This document shows positions 7,192 to 15,785 of a stretch of 32,000 nt of DNA, piece after piece; position 1 is the first letter of the stretch; the number at the start of each line of letters is the position of its first letter. A program made the translations under genes and the position numbers. Origin of the DNA: Micrococcus luteus NCTC 2665 (lineage in GTDB: Bacteria; Actinomycetota; Actinomycetes; Actinomycetales; Micrococcaceae). The stretch is taken from assembly GCF_000023205.1 (NCBI RefSeq), contig NC_012803.1, positions 2,160,001-2,192,000 on the forward strand. Direction: 5' to 3'. The notes under the pieces were generated by a model, which ran no database searches, was not told the DNA's origin, and saw only the letters and a program-made list of their open reading frames with translations.

Positions 7192-9279
7192 ATGAAGATT
7201 CTCCCGCCGGGTTCCGCCGCGTCCCCCCGCCCGCTCGCGCCCGCCGTCGCGGTCGCCGCGCTCTCCGTCCTCGTCGGCGGCCTGCTCCCGCAGCAGCCGT
7301 CCGCGACCACGGAGGGCGCCCCCGACGCGCGCCCGCTCGACGACGCCGCCCGTGCCACGACCGCCGGGACGGCCACGACCCCCGCGTCGGCCGCTCCCGT
7401 CGAGGGCGCCGGCGTCGCGACCGTCCCGCAGGAGGGCGAGAACCTCGTCCCGGCCGAGGAGGCCCCGGCCGGCGTCGTGCTCGGCGAGCCCGTGGTGGAC
7501 CGTCCGTTCACGGTGGCCGCCGCCGTGTGGGACGCCGCGGCGGACGACGCCGTCGAGCGCGTGGAGATCCGCGTGCGTCAGGACGGGGCCTGGGGCCCGT
7601 GGCAGGTCCTGGATCGGCCCGTCCTGCCCGAGGACGCCGCCCCCGCACGCACCGGCACGGACCCGTTCGTCGCGTTCGGCGCGGACGGCGCCCAGCTGCG
7701 CGTGACCACCGTGGACGGCGCAGCCCCGGCCGGCCTCGAGCTGTCCCTCATCGACCCGGGCACGGCCGCCACGGACGAGACCGTCGCGAGCGCGCACCCG
7801 GCGGTGGCCGCCGAGCAGGCCGCGGAGACGGCCGGCCTGCCCCGGGGCGTGAAGTCGAGCGCCGTCGTCGGGGGCGCCGCACCCGCCGAGGCCCGCACCG
7901 TGGCCACGGCCTCGGACGCGCACGCGCACGCGCACGCGCACGCGAAGATCCTCCCGGACGTGATCACCCGCTCACAGTGGGGCGCGGACGAGTCCTGGGC
8001 CGAGTCCTCCCCGCAGTTCGACCAGGTGCGCGCGCTGACCATCCACCACACGGCCGGCACCAACGACTACACGCGCGCCCAGGCCGTGGAGCAGATGCGC
8101 GGCGTCTACGCGTACTACACGAAGACCCTCGGCTGGGGCGACTTCCCGTACCATCTGATCACGGACCGCTTCGGCAACATCTACGAGGGCCGTCGCGGCG
8201 CCCTGGACTCGAACCCGCTGGGCACGCACGCGGGCGGGTTCAACCGGGGCACGATGGGCATCTCCACGATGGGCAACTACGACGTGGTCGCCCCGTCCGA
8301 GGAGGTGGTGGACGCGATGGCCCGCGCCACCGCCTACTACCTGTACCGCGACGGCATCGACGCGCGGGGCCGGGTCACCCTGACCTCGGGCGGCAGCACG
8401 AAGTACGCCGCGGGTACGCCCGTCACCGTGGACACGATCTTCCCGCACCGGGCCACGTCCGCGACCGCGTGCCCGGGGCAGCACCTGATGGCCCGCTTCG
8501 ACGACCTGCGGGACCGCGCCGAGGCCATCGCGACGGCGGCCGGCCAGCCGCCGGCACCGACCACCCCGGCTCCGACGCCGGCCCCGACGACCGCGCCGTC
8601 GACCGCCGGCACGTACACGGTGCAGCCGAACGACGGCTGGTGGACCATCGCCCGCCGCACCGGCGTGCCCGCGGCCACCCTCCAGGAGCTCAACGGCATG
8701 ACCGAGTCGACCGTGCTCCACCCGGGCATGGTGCTGCGCACCGTCGCCGACCCGACCGCCCCGGAGCCCACCCCCATCACCACCGGCACGTACACGGTGC
8801 AGCCGAACGACGGCTGGTGGGTCATCGCCCGACGGACCGGCGTCAGCGCCGCGGAGCTCCAGCGGCTCAACGGCATGGCGGCATCCACCGTCCTGCACCC
8901 GGGGATGGTGCTCATCACGGCCGCCACGGCGCCGGCCTCCACGCCCGCGCCCGCTCCGGCCCCCGCCCCGGGCACGTACACGGTCCGCGAGGGCGACGGC
9001 TGGTGGATCATCGCCCACCGCACCGGCGTGACGATGGAGACCCTCCAGCGCCTCAACGGCATGACCGCGACCACCGTGCTGCACCCGGAGATGGTGCTGC
9101 GGACCGGCCAGACCGCCTCCGCCCCGGCGCCCTCGCCCGCCACGTACGTGGTCCAGGCGAACGACGGCTGGTGGCTCATCGCCCAGCGCACGGGCGTCTC
9201 CATGGAGCGCCTGCAACGCCTCAACGGTATGACGGTCTCGACCATGCTCCACCCGGGCATGGTGCTGCGCACCGCCTGA
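7192..9279 (+). CDS. Secreted N-acetylmuramoyl-L-alanine amidase (Amidase_2/PGRP fold) with four C-terminal LysM domains
   Basis: The start at ATG 7192 gives a signal-peptide-like N-terminus (MKILPPGSAASPRPLAPAVAVAALSVLVGG). The amidase core reads ITRSQWGADES...ALTIHHTAG.N.Y...Q....MRGVYAYY...LGWGDF.YH...D.FGNIYEGR.G...G.HAGGFN.GT.GIS.MGNY. Four repeats of GTYTV.(P/E).DGWW.IA.RTGV....LQ.LNGM..(S/T)TVLHPGM.L are LysM. The ORF track extension back to 6589 is rejected because it overlaps the Rieske gene on the opposite strand. Confidence 0.85.
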   Translation: MKILPPGSAASPRPLAPAVAVAALSVLVGGLLPQQPSATTEGAPDARPLDDAARATTAGTATTPASAAPVEGAGVATVPQEGENLVPAEEAPAGVVLGEPVVDRPFTVAAAVWDAAADDAVERVEIRVRQDGAWGPWQVLDRPVLPEDAAPARTGTDPFVAFGADGAQLRVTTVDGAAPAGLELSLIDPGTAATDETVASAHPAVAAEQAAETAGLPRGVKSSAVVGGAAPAEARTVATASDAHAHAHAHAKILPDVITRSQWGADESWAESSPQFDQVRALTIHHTAGTNDYTRAQAVEQMRGVYAYYTKTLGWGDFPYHLITDRFGNIYEGRRGALDSNPLGTHAGGFNRGTMGISTMGNYDVVAPSEEVVDAMARATAYYLYRDGIDARGRVTLTSGGSTKYAAGTPVTVDTIFPHRATSATACPGQHLMARFDDLRDRAEAIATAAGQPPAPTTPAPTPAPTTAPSTAGTYTVQPNDGWWTIARRTGVPAATLQELNGMTESTVLHPGMVLRTVADPTAPEPTPITTGTYTVQPNDGWWVIARRTGVSAAELQRLNGMAASTVLHPGMVLITAATAPASTPAPAPAPAPGTYTVREGDGWWIIAHRTGVTMETLQRLNGMTATTVLHPEMVLRTGQTASAPAPSPATYVVQANDGWWLIAQRTGVSMERLQRLNGMTVSTMLHPGMVLRTA
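7918..7944 (+). repeat. In-frame hexanucleotide microsatellite (GCGCAC)x4 + GCG, encoding (Ala-His)4-Ala
   Basis: Read directly as gcgcac gcgcac gcgcac gcgcac gcg. It lies at the linker immediately before the amidase catalytic domain. Confidence 0.9.
8608..9276 (+). repeat. Four tandem LysM-encoding modules with Pro/Ala/Thr linkers; long stretches are identical at the DNA level
   Basis: The modules start at about 8608, 8785, 8971 and 9139. GGCACGTACACGGTGCAGCCGAACGACGGCTGGTGG is repeated verbatim in modules 1 and 2. Confidence 0.85.
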
Positions 9280-9291
9280 GCACCCCGCCGG

Positions 9292-9339
9292 GACGACGTC
9301 GGCCCGCACCTTCGCGCGCAGGTGCGGGCCGACGTCGTC
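9292..9339 (+). terminator. Perfect 19-bp hairpin after the amidase gene
   Basis: GACGACGTCGGCCCGCACC (9292-9310) pairs with GGTGCGGGCCGACGTCGTC (9321-9339) across a 10-nt loop, 13 nt after the stop codon. Confidence 0.7.
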
Positions 9340-9388
9340 GGTTGAGTTATCACCGGTCGTAGGCCGCCGCACCCGGGATAAGTCAACC
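9340..9388. repeat. Family E structured repeat, copy E2
   Basis: GGTTGAGTTATCACCGGTCGTAGGCCGCCGCACCCGGGATAAGTCAACC is 49 nt. Its terminal inverted repeat is GGTTGAGTTATC / GATAAGTCAACC. It is collinear with 1445-1493. Confidence 0.55.
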
Positions 9389-9565
9389 GGCGTTCCCCCG
9401 AGGCACGAGTGGCACGCCGAGGACGCCCTCGTGGCGCTGCGCCGCTGAGCTGCCGTCACAGTCCCGGCCTCTCCGCCCCCGGGCGCCCCCGGACCCCGCC
9501 CGCGGCCTACCCTGGAGGAGCCCGACCCGGGCCGCGACCGAGTCACGAGGAGATGAGACGAGCGC

Positions 9566-10087
9566 ATGACCCGCCTGCCCGGTCTGCGTCGCCCGCGGTT
9601 CCTGGACCCGTGGCGCCGCCCGCTGGCCCCCCGTCTGCCCTGGCACGTGGTCCTCGCGGCCTCGATCGCGGGGGCACTGACCATCGCCACCCTCAGCCTC
9701 GGCGAGGACCTGGCCTCCGTGCCGCTGCTGGTGGGCGCCTTCGGCTCGTCCTGCGTGCTCGTGTTCCTCGTGCCGCACGGCCCGCACTCCCACCCCGCCA
9801 ACGTGCTCGTGGGGCACGTGGTCTCGGCCGCGTGCGGGATCGCCGTGATCTCCGTGCTGCCCCTGACCTGGTACTCGCTCGCGGCCGGCATGGGCCTGGC
9901 CATGGCCGTCATGGCCGGGCTCCGTGTGATCCACGCCCCCGCGGGCGCCACCGCGCTGACGGTCATGCTGAGCAACGCGGACTGGGACTACCTGGTCACC
10001 CCGGTGCTCACCGGGGCGCTGGTCCTCACCGCGTGCGCGCTGCTGTACCGCCGCCTGATGTGGCGGGTGATCGGCCCGCCGGGGTGA
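9566..10087 (+). CDS. HPP family integral membrane protein
   Basis: The 173-aa protein is hydrophobic. It has LLVGAFGSSCVLVFLVPHGPHSHPANVLVGHVVSAACG and the second family motif IHAPAGATAL, which corresponds to the HPPAGA region of HPP proteins. Confidence 0.7.
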   Translation: MTRLPGLRRPRFLDPWRRPLAPRLPWHVVLAASIAGALTIATLSLGEDLASVPLLVGAFGSSCVLVFLVPHGPHSHPANVLVGHVVSAACGIAVISVLPLTWYSLAAGMGLAMAVMAGLRVIHAPAGATALTVMLSNADWDYLVTPVLTGALVLTACALLYRRLMWRVIGPPG

Positions 10088-10191
10088 GCCCACGCCGGGC
10101 CAGGGCCGCCACGGTCAACCCCGGACGTTCCGCGTAGAACGCGGAGAGGACCCGGATCAGCCGGCCCAGCGTGCCGCTCACCCCCGCCGAC

Positions 10192-11322
10192 TCACTTCAG
10201 GAAGTCGCGCGCGACCTCCAGGAAGCGGTCGTTGGCCTCGACCTCGCCGATGCTCACGCGCACGCCCTCGCCCGCGAACGCCCGGACGGACAGGGCCTGG
10301 GCCTGGGCGGCCTCGGCGAACTCCTGCGTGCGCTCGCCGAGCGGCAGCCACACGAAGTTGGCCTGCGAGGCGGGCAGGTCCCAGCCGGCCTCGGCCAGGG
10401 CGGCGGCGACGCGCTCGCGCTCGTCGACGACGACCTGCACGCGCTCGAGGACCTCATCCAGGTGCTCGAGCGAGGCGATCGCAGCCTCCTCGGCCACCGT
10501 GGACACCGCGAACGGGGTGGCCACGGTGCGCAGGGCCTTCGTGATCTCCGGCTGCGAGACCGAGTAGCCCACGCGCAGGTTGGCCAGGCCGTGGGCCTTT
10601 GAGAAGGTGCGCAGCACGACGACGTTCGCGTGCTTGCGGTACATGTCCAGGCCCTTGACCGCGTCCTCGTCCCGGACGAACTCCACGTAGGCCTCGTCGA
10701 TGACCACCAGGATGTGCTCGGGCACGCGCGCCAGGAAGTCCTCGACCTCGGCGGTGGTGAGCACGGGGCCGGTCGGGTTGTTGGGGGTGCAGAGCAGGAT
10801 CACCCGCGTGCGCTCGGTGATCGCGTCCAGCATGGCCGGCAGGTCGTGGCGGTGGTCCGCGGTGAGCGGCACCTGCACATCCACGGCGCCGGCGGTGCGC
10901 ACCACGATCGGGTAGGCCTCGAAGCTGCGCCACGCGAAGATCACCTCGTCGCCCTCACTGGCCTCGCCGTGGCCGGCGAAAGTGGTGATGACCTGGGCCA
11001 GGGCGCCGAGGGAGCCGGCGCCGGTCACGACGTCGTCCGCCGGGACGTCCAGGTGCGCGGCCAGGGCCTGGCGCAGGCCGGTGGAGAGGGTGTCCGGGTA
11101 GCGGCAGAGCGTGCTGGGCGCGCCCTCCGGGCCGGTCACGACCTCGCGCACCCGCTCGATCACGCCGGGCACGGGGGCGAACGGGTTCTCGTTCGACGAG
11201 AGCTTGTAGGGCTGCAGGCCCGGGACCGCGACCGGCGGCTTGCCGGCAGCGTACGGCGGGAGCATCCCGACCTTCTTGTGCGGGGCGACCACGGCGGGCG
11301 CCTGCTGTGCGTCATCAGTCAT
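10192..11322 (-). CDS. Class II pyridoxal-phosphate aminotransferase (histidinol-phosphate / aromatic amino acid aminotransferase family)
   Basis: Family hallmarks are LSSNENPF.P, NPTG and the PLP-lysine motif FSKAHGLANLRVGY. The start is set to ATG 11322 (MTDDAQQAP...). The aromatic-catabolic context suggests a phenylalanine/tyrosine transaminase role, but that is inference. Confidence 0.85.
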   Translation of the reverse strand: MTDDAQQAPAVVAPHKKVGMLPPYAAGKPPVAVPGLQPYKLSSNENPFAPVPGVIERVREVVTGPEGAPSTLCRYPDTLSTGLRQALAAHLDVPADDVVTGAGSLGALAQVITTFAGHGEASEGDEVIFAWRSFEAYPIVVRTAGAVDVQVPLTADHRHDLPAMLDAITERTRVILLCTPNNPTGPVLTTAEVEDFLARVPEHILVVIDEAYVEFVRDEDAVKGLDMYRKHANVVVLRTFSKAHGLANLRVGYSVSQPEITKALRTVATPFAVSTVAEEAAIASLEHLDEVLERVQVVVDERERVAAALAEAGWDLPASQANFVWLPLGERTQEFAEAAQAQALSVRAFAGEGVRVSIGEVEANDRFLEVARDFLK

Positions 11323-11379
11323 GGCCACCAGGGTAATGCGGGCCGCGGACACTGTGAGCCGCCCCACGGGTCCCGGGGA

Positions 11380-12108
11380 TCAGGCTGCGCCGAACTCGGC
11401 GGCCACGGCCCGGGCCGCCTGCTCGAGCCGGTCGCCGAGGCGCGCGGGGTCTTCGGGCCGCGTCGCATAGACCACGGCGAGGGCGGCGGGCAGCTGACCC
11501 GGGGCCTGCAGCGGCACGGCGACGGAGGAGACGCCGGTGATGACCTCGTCGGTGCTGACGGCCCAGCCGCGCTCCCGCACGTCCTCGAGCTCGGGCCGCT
11601 CGGGCGGGGCGTCACCGTGCAGCCGTACCCATTCCTGCCCGGGCAGGGCGACGGCGATCGCCATCCCCGGCGCGCCGACCCCGAGGGGATGCCGTGTCCC
11701 GGGCCGCTGGGTGACGAGGTTGCCGCTGGGCGGCTCGGCCGTGGCCAAGGTGAGGCAGTGCGCGCCGTCCCACACCACAAGGAACGCGGTCATGCCCAGG
11801 TCGGTGGAGACGGCGGTCAGGTGCGGCATGGCCGCCGCGCGCAGGTCCTGCTCCACCCGGCGGGCGAGGACGGCCAGGCCGGGGGCGGCGTGGACGCGGC
11901 CGAGGCCGTCGCGGCGCAGCAGGCCGTGGGCCTCGAAGGTGCGCAGCACGCGGTAGGCCACCGAGCGGTGGACCCCCAGACCGTCGGCGAGGTCGGCGAT
12001 GGTGGGCGGCTCGGGCGCCTCCACGACCGTCTCGAGCAGCGTGAGCGCGCGGGAGAGCGTCTGGGAGGGCGCGCCCTCCCGGCCGGGGCCGCCGTCGTGC
12101 TCTGTCAT
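11380..12108 (-). CDS. IclR family transcriptional regulator
   Basis: The N-terminal wHTH reads LSRALTLLETV......TIADLADGLGVHRSVAYRVLRTFEAHGLL, followed by a C-terminal IclR effector-domain-like region. It is divergent from the hydroxylase gene and sits upstream of the aminotransferase on the same strand. Confidence 0.85.
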   Translation of the reverse strand: MTEHDGGPGREGAPSQTLSRALTLLETVVEAPEPPTIADLADGLGVHRSVAYRVLRTFEAHGLLRRDGLGRVHAAPGLAVLARRVEQDLRAAAMPHLTAVSTDLGMTAFLVVWDGAHCLTLATAEPPSGNLVTQRPGTRHPLGVGAPGMAIAVALPGQEWVRLHGDAPPERPELEDVRERGWAVSTDEVITGVSSVAVPLQAPGQLPAALAVVYATRPEDPARLGDRLEQAARAVAAEFGAA

Positions 12109-12211
12109 CCGTGCTCCTCACCGCGTGTGCCGGACGCGACGCGCCCGGGGCGTCATAGACCCGCGCACCGATTGTGAACGCAGTCACGTCGGCGTACAGT
12201 CTGGCACACAC

Positions 12212-12250
12212 GTGTTCCCAGGGGGAACGCCGTGTTCTCTGAGAGAACAC
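12212..12250. promoter_or_regulatory. Two adjacent palindromes with GTGTTC / GAACRC half-sites in the iclR-hydroxylase divergent spacer, a candidate IclR operator
   Basis: GTGTTCCCAGGGGGAACGC lies at 12212-12230. GTGTTCTCT-G-AGAGAACAC lies at 12232-12250 and has perfect 9-bp arms. The second ends 54 nt upstream of the hydroxylase start. Confidence 0.45.
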
Positions 12251-12304
12251 ACTCCGGGTGGCACGCGCGCCGCGCAGCGACATCCCCCGCAGCGAAAGGA
12301 CCCC

Positions 12305-14218
12305 ATGCTCTTCCACCACCACGGCTATGTCTCCACGAACCCGCGCGTCCAGGTGGCGGCCGGCATCGGCCTCGACCGCCCCGCCGAGCTGCCCGACGAG
12401 ATGGACGTGCTGATCGTCGGCTCCGGCCCGGCCGGCATGATCGCCGCCGCCCAGCTCGCGATGTTCCCGGACGTCCACACCCGCATCATCGAGCGCCGCC
12501 CCCACCGCCTCGAGATCGGCCAGGCCGACGGCATCCAGGCCCGCTCCGTGGAGACCTTCCAGGCCTTCGGCTTCGCGAGCGAGATCATCGACGAGGCCTA
12601 CGACCTGACCTCCATGGCGTTCTGGAACCCGGCCGCTGACGACGCGGACACGATCGTGCGCACCTCTCTGGCCGAGGACGACCCGGAGGGCATCTCCGAG
12701 TTCCCGCACCTGATCGTGAACCAGGCCCGCATCCTGGACTGGTTCGCCGAGTACATGAAGAACTCCCCCACCCGCGCGGAGCCGGACTACGGCTGGGCGT
12801 TCGAGGGCCTCGAGGACACGACCGAGGGCGAGTACCCCGTGCTCGTGACCCTGCGCCGCACCGTGGACGCCGAGGGCAACGCCCTCGAGGACCCGGCCTC
12901 GGGCCCGACCCGCCAGGTGCGTGCCAAGTACGTGGTGGGCGCGGACGGGGCGGGCTCCCGCGTCCGCAAGTCGATCGGCCACGCCCTGTCCGGCGACGCC
13001 GCGAACCACGCGTGGGGCGTCATGGACGCACTGGCCGACACGAACTTCCCGGACATCCGCACCAAGTGCGCGATCCACTCGTCCAGCGGCTCGATCCTCC
13101 TGATCCCGCGCGAGGGCGGCCACCTGTTCCGCATGTACGTGGACCTGGGCGAGGTCCCGGCGGACGACAACCACAAGGTGCGCCAGACCCCGCTCGAGGA
13201 GATCATCCGCCGGGCCCAGCAGATCCTGCGCCCCTACACGCTGGAGGTGAAGGAGGTCGCCTGGCACTCGGTGTACGAGGTGGGCCACCGCCTGACCTCG
13301 GGCTTCGACAACCGCGAGCGCGTGGACCACCCCAACGTGTTCCTGCTCGGCGACGCCTGCCACACCCACTCCGCGAAGGCCGGCCAGGGCATGAACGTGT
13401 CCATGCAGGACGGCTGGAACCTGGGCTGGAAGCTGGGCCAGGTGCTCTCCGGGATGGCCCCGGCCGAGCTCGTGCCGACCTACTCGGAGGAGCGCAAGGA
13501 GATCGCCAAGAACCTGATCGACTTCGACAAGGAGTGGTCGACGCTCATGGCGAAGCCCACCTCCGAGCTGGGCGACCCGAACGAGGTGGCCGAGTTCTAC
13601 ACGAAGACCGCCGAGTTCCCGGCCGGCTTCATGACGGAGTACCAGCCCTCCCTCCTCACCACGGACGCCACCGGCCAGGCGCTGGCGCAGGGCTTCCCGA
13701 TCGGCAAGCGCTTCAAGTCCGCCCTGGTGGAGCGCTCGTGCGACACCAACGTCAAGCACCTGGGCCACCTGCACCGCGCGGACGGCCGCTGGCGTGTCTA
13801 CGTGTTCGCCGACGCCGCCTCCCCGCGCGCCGAGGACTCGAAGGTCGCGGCGTGGGCGAAGGCGATCGAGGAGGACCCGCACTCGTTCCGCAACCGCCAC
13901 ACCCCGTCGGACGGCCCCGAGGACGCGCGCTTCGACGTCAAGGTCGTGTACCAGCAGAAGCAGACCGAGTTCGCCCACCCGGACGTGCCCTCGGTCTTCC
14001 GGCCGACCACCGGCCCCCTCGGCCTGCACGACCTGAACAACATCTTCGCCACGTGCCAGCCCAAGCACGGTGAGGACATCTTCGAGGCCCGCGGCATCAG
14101 CCGTGACGGCGCCGTCGTCGTGGTCCGCCCGGACCAGTACGTCTCCGGCGTCTTCGGCCTGGACGAGGTCGACCGCCTGAACGCGTTCTTCGCGGGCGTG
14201 CTGCTCGACGCGAACTGA
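12305..14218 (+). CDS. FAD-dependent aromatic-ring hydroxylase (phenol 2-monooxygenase / 3-hydroxybenzoate 4-monooxygenase family, with a C-terminal thioredoxin-like domain)
   Basis: The protein is 637 aa from ATG 12305, with AAAGGA upstream. Motifs are the GxGxxG (VLIVGSGPAGMIAAAQL), DG motif (VGADGAGSRVRK) and GD motif (VFLLGDACHTHSAKAGQGMN.SMQD..NLGWKL). The extra ~200-aa C-terminal extension is typical of the phenol-hydroxylase subgroup. Substrate is not determinable from sequence alone. Confidence 0.85.
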   Translation: MLFHHHGYVSTNPRVQVAAGIGLDRPAELPDEMDVLIVGSGPAGMIAAAQLAMFPDVHTRIIERRPHRLEIGQADGIQARSVETFQAFGFASEIIDEAYDLTSMAFWNPAADDADTIVRTSLAEDDPEGISEFPHLIVNQARILDWFAEYMKNSPTRAEPDYGWAFEGLEDTTEGEYPVLVTLRRTVDAEGNALEDPASGPTRQVRAKYVVGADGAGSRVRKSIGHALSGDAANHAWGVMDALADTNFPDIRTKCAIHSSSGSILLIPREGGHLFRMYVDLGEVPADDNHKVRQTPLEEIIRRAQQILRPYTLEVKEVAWHSVYEVGHRLTSGFDNRERVDHPNVFLLGDACHTHSAKAGQGMNVSMQDGWNLGWKLGQVLSGMAPAELVPTYSEERKEIAKNLIDFDKEWSTLMAKPTSELGDPNEVAEFYTKTAEFPAGFMTEYQPSLLTTDATGQALAQGFPIGKRFKSALVERSCDTNVKHLGHLHRADGRWRVYVFADAASPRAEDSKVAAWAKAIEEDPHSFRNRHTPSDGPEDARFDVKVVYQQKQTEFAHPDVPSVFRPTTGPLGLHDLNNIFATCQPKHGEDIFEARGISRDGAVVVVRPDQYVSGVFGLDEVDRLNAFFAGVLLDAN

Positions 14219-14221
14219 GCG

Positions 14222-14245
14222 GGCGGCGGCAGGCACCCCGCCGCC
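14222..14245. terminator. Short GC hairpin between convergent genes, a possible bidirectional terminator
   Basis: GGCGGCGG (14222-14229) pairs with CCGCCGCC (14238-14245) across an 8-nt loop. It sits in the 34-nt gap between the hydroxylase stop and the hydrolase stop. Confidence 0.3.
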
Positions 14246-14252
14246 GGTGCGC

Positions 14253-15785
14253 TCACCGGGATCCCGGGGGCAGGTGGCCCCCCTCCGGCGGCGTGCGACG
14301 CAGGCGCACCGCCCGACTCGAGGCCACGGTCCCCGCGGTCAGCCCGGCCAACGCGGCGGAGAGCCCGGCGACCTCCGCCCGGGCCGCGGGCTCGGCGGCC
14401 TCGAACTGCCGGATCAGGTTCACCTGGCCCTCGAAGTCGTGGGCGGCGTCCAGGTCGCCCTTCACCGCCGGCGGAGAGCCGGTCCGGAAGCCACCCCCGG
14501 GCACGTCCCACCCGTGGCCGGCCGGGTGGAAGACCACCTCGGCCCGGCGCGACGAGACGGGGGTGGGCGCCCCGTCCGCGGCGACGGCCAGGTCCCCGTC
14601 CGAGGAGAACTCCAGCACCGCGGCCCGCCCGGTCTCCACCGCGTTGCCGGACGGCGCCGCGATCGTCATGACGCCGGCCACGGGGTACACGGACGTGAAG
14701 TCCTCCCGGCCGGCCAGGTTCACGGCGTGCACCCCGCCCTGGGAGTAGCCGGCCAGGACGAGCGGGGCGCCGTGCGGGACGCCGGCCGCCTCGAGCGCCG
14801 CCCGCACCGCCGGGGCCGTGACCTCGGACTCGGAGCCGAGGGCGTCCAGCAGTCCGCCGGCGTCCCACGGGTCGGTCGACTCGGGATCCGGGATCAGGCC
14901 GCCGCGGGTGCCCGGCAGGCCCACCACCCAGGCGCGGCTCCCGTTCTCCCGCACCACCTCCGTGACCGTGAGGTCCCCGTCCCCCTCCCCACGCGGGATG
15001 AGAGAGGCCAGCCCCGTGGCCGAGCCGTCCAGCAGGGCGGGCGCGGTCGGCCGGTCCTGCGGCGCCCCGTGCGGGGTCACCGCGCCCCGGGGCGCCGCGC
15101 CGGCGAGGGTCAGGGCGTCCGCCGCCACGGTCCACGCCTCGTCCGGGGAGACCCGCAGCGCCTCGGTGAGGTCCGACGCGGCGTCCGTCCCCTTCTTCGC
15201 CGCGGTGGAGACGGGCCGCTTCAGCACGCGCTTCTGCGCCCTCGTCAGCATCTTCACGTCGATCCGTGCCAGGGCCGCGAGCAGGGGGAACCCGGTGGCC
15301 GCGAGCGCGGCGGACACGATGGCCTCGGGCACCGCCTGGACGAGGTCCTGCACGAGCCGCTCCGCCTCGCGGGTGGTGAGGCCGTCATGGCCGTCCCGCC
15401 AGAGCAGCGCCGGCAGCTCCCCCAGGGAGGCGTCCTCGGCGGCCATGATGCCGGCCGCCGCGCGCTCGGCCTCCTCGTAGCGGGCCGCCGCGGAGAGCAG
15501 GTCGCGGTGCAGCTCGGCGCACTGCTCCGACAGGCTCCGCACCCGACCGACCGCCTCCACCAGCCGTTCCTGCAGCAGGGCGGCGGAGGCGAGCCACGTG
15601 GCCGACCGGCCCAGCCCGAAGGCGGCCGCGTCGACCTGCCACGAGGCTCCGGCCGCCTCTTCGGCGGCGTGCTCGTGCCGCCCGGCCACGACGCGCATCT
15701 CCTCGGCCTCCGCGTAGATCGAGCCCGGTCCGCCGTGCGTGCTGAAGGCCACCGCCCCCGGGCCGGCACCCCGCCCGCCGGTCAC
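14253..15785 (-). CDS. Protein with a helical ESAT-6/LXG-like N-terminal region and a C-terminal alpha/beta-hydrolase (lipase/esterase-type, GYSQGG nucleophile elbow)
   Basis: The ORF is open from 16340. The start is proposed at GTG 15785, which overlaps the TGA of the upstream gene as GTGA. The first ~170 aa are Ala/Glu/Leu-rich and predicted helical, with YAEAE and ARYEEAE (YxxxE) motifs. The C-terminal region has LVLAGYSQGGVHA (encoded at 14733-14750), a GxSxG-type elbow. There is no signal peptide. Confidence 0.65.
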   Translation of the reverse strand: MTGGRGAGPGAVAFSTHGGPGSIYAEAEEMRVVAGRHEHAAEEAAGASWQVDAAAFGLGRSATWLASAALLQERLVEAVGRVRSLSEQCAELHRDLLSAAARYEEAERAAAGIMAAEDASLGELPALLWRDGHDGLTTREAERLVQDLVQAVPEAIVSAALAATGFPLLAALARIDVKMLTRAQKRVLKRPVSTAAKKGTDAASDLTEALRVSPDEAWTVAADALTLAGAAPRGAVTPHGAPQDRPTAPALLDGSATGLASLIPRGEGDGDLTVTEVVRENGSRAWVVGLPGTRGGLIPDPESTDPWDAGGLLDALGSESEVTAPAVRAALEAAGVPHGAPLVLAGYSQGGVHAVNLAGREDFTSVYPVAGVMTIAAPSGNAVETGRAAVLEFSSDGDLAVAADGAPTPVSSRRAEVVFHPAGHGWDVPGGGFRTGSPPAVKGDLDAAHDFEGQVNLIRQFEAAEPAARAEVAGLSAALAGLTAGTVASSRAVRLRRTPPEGGHLPPGSR

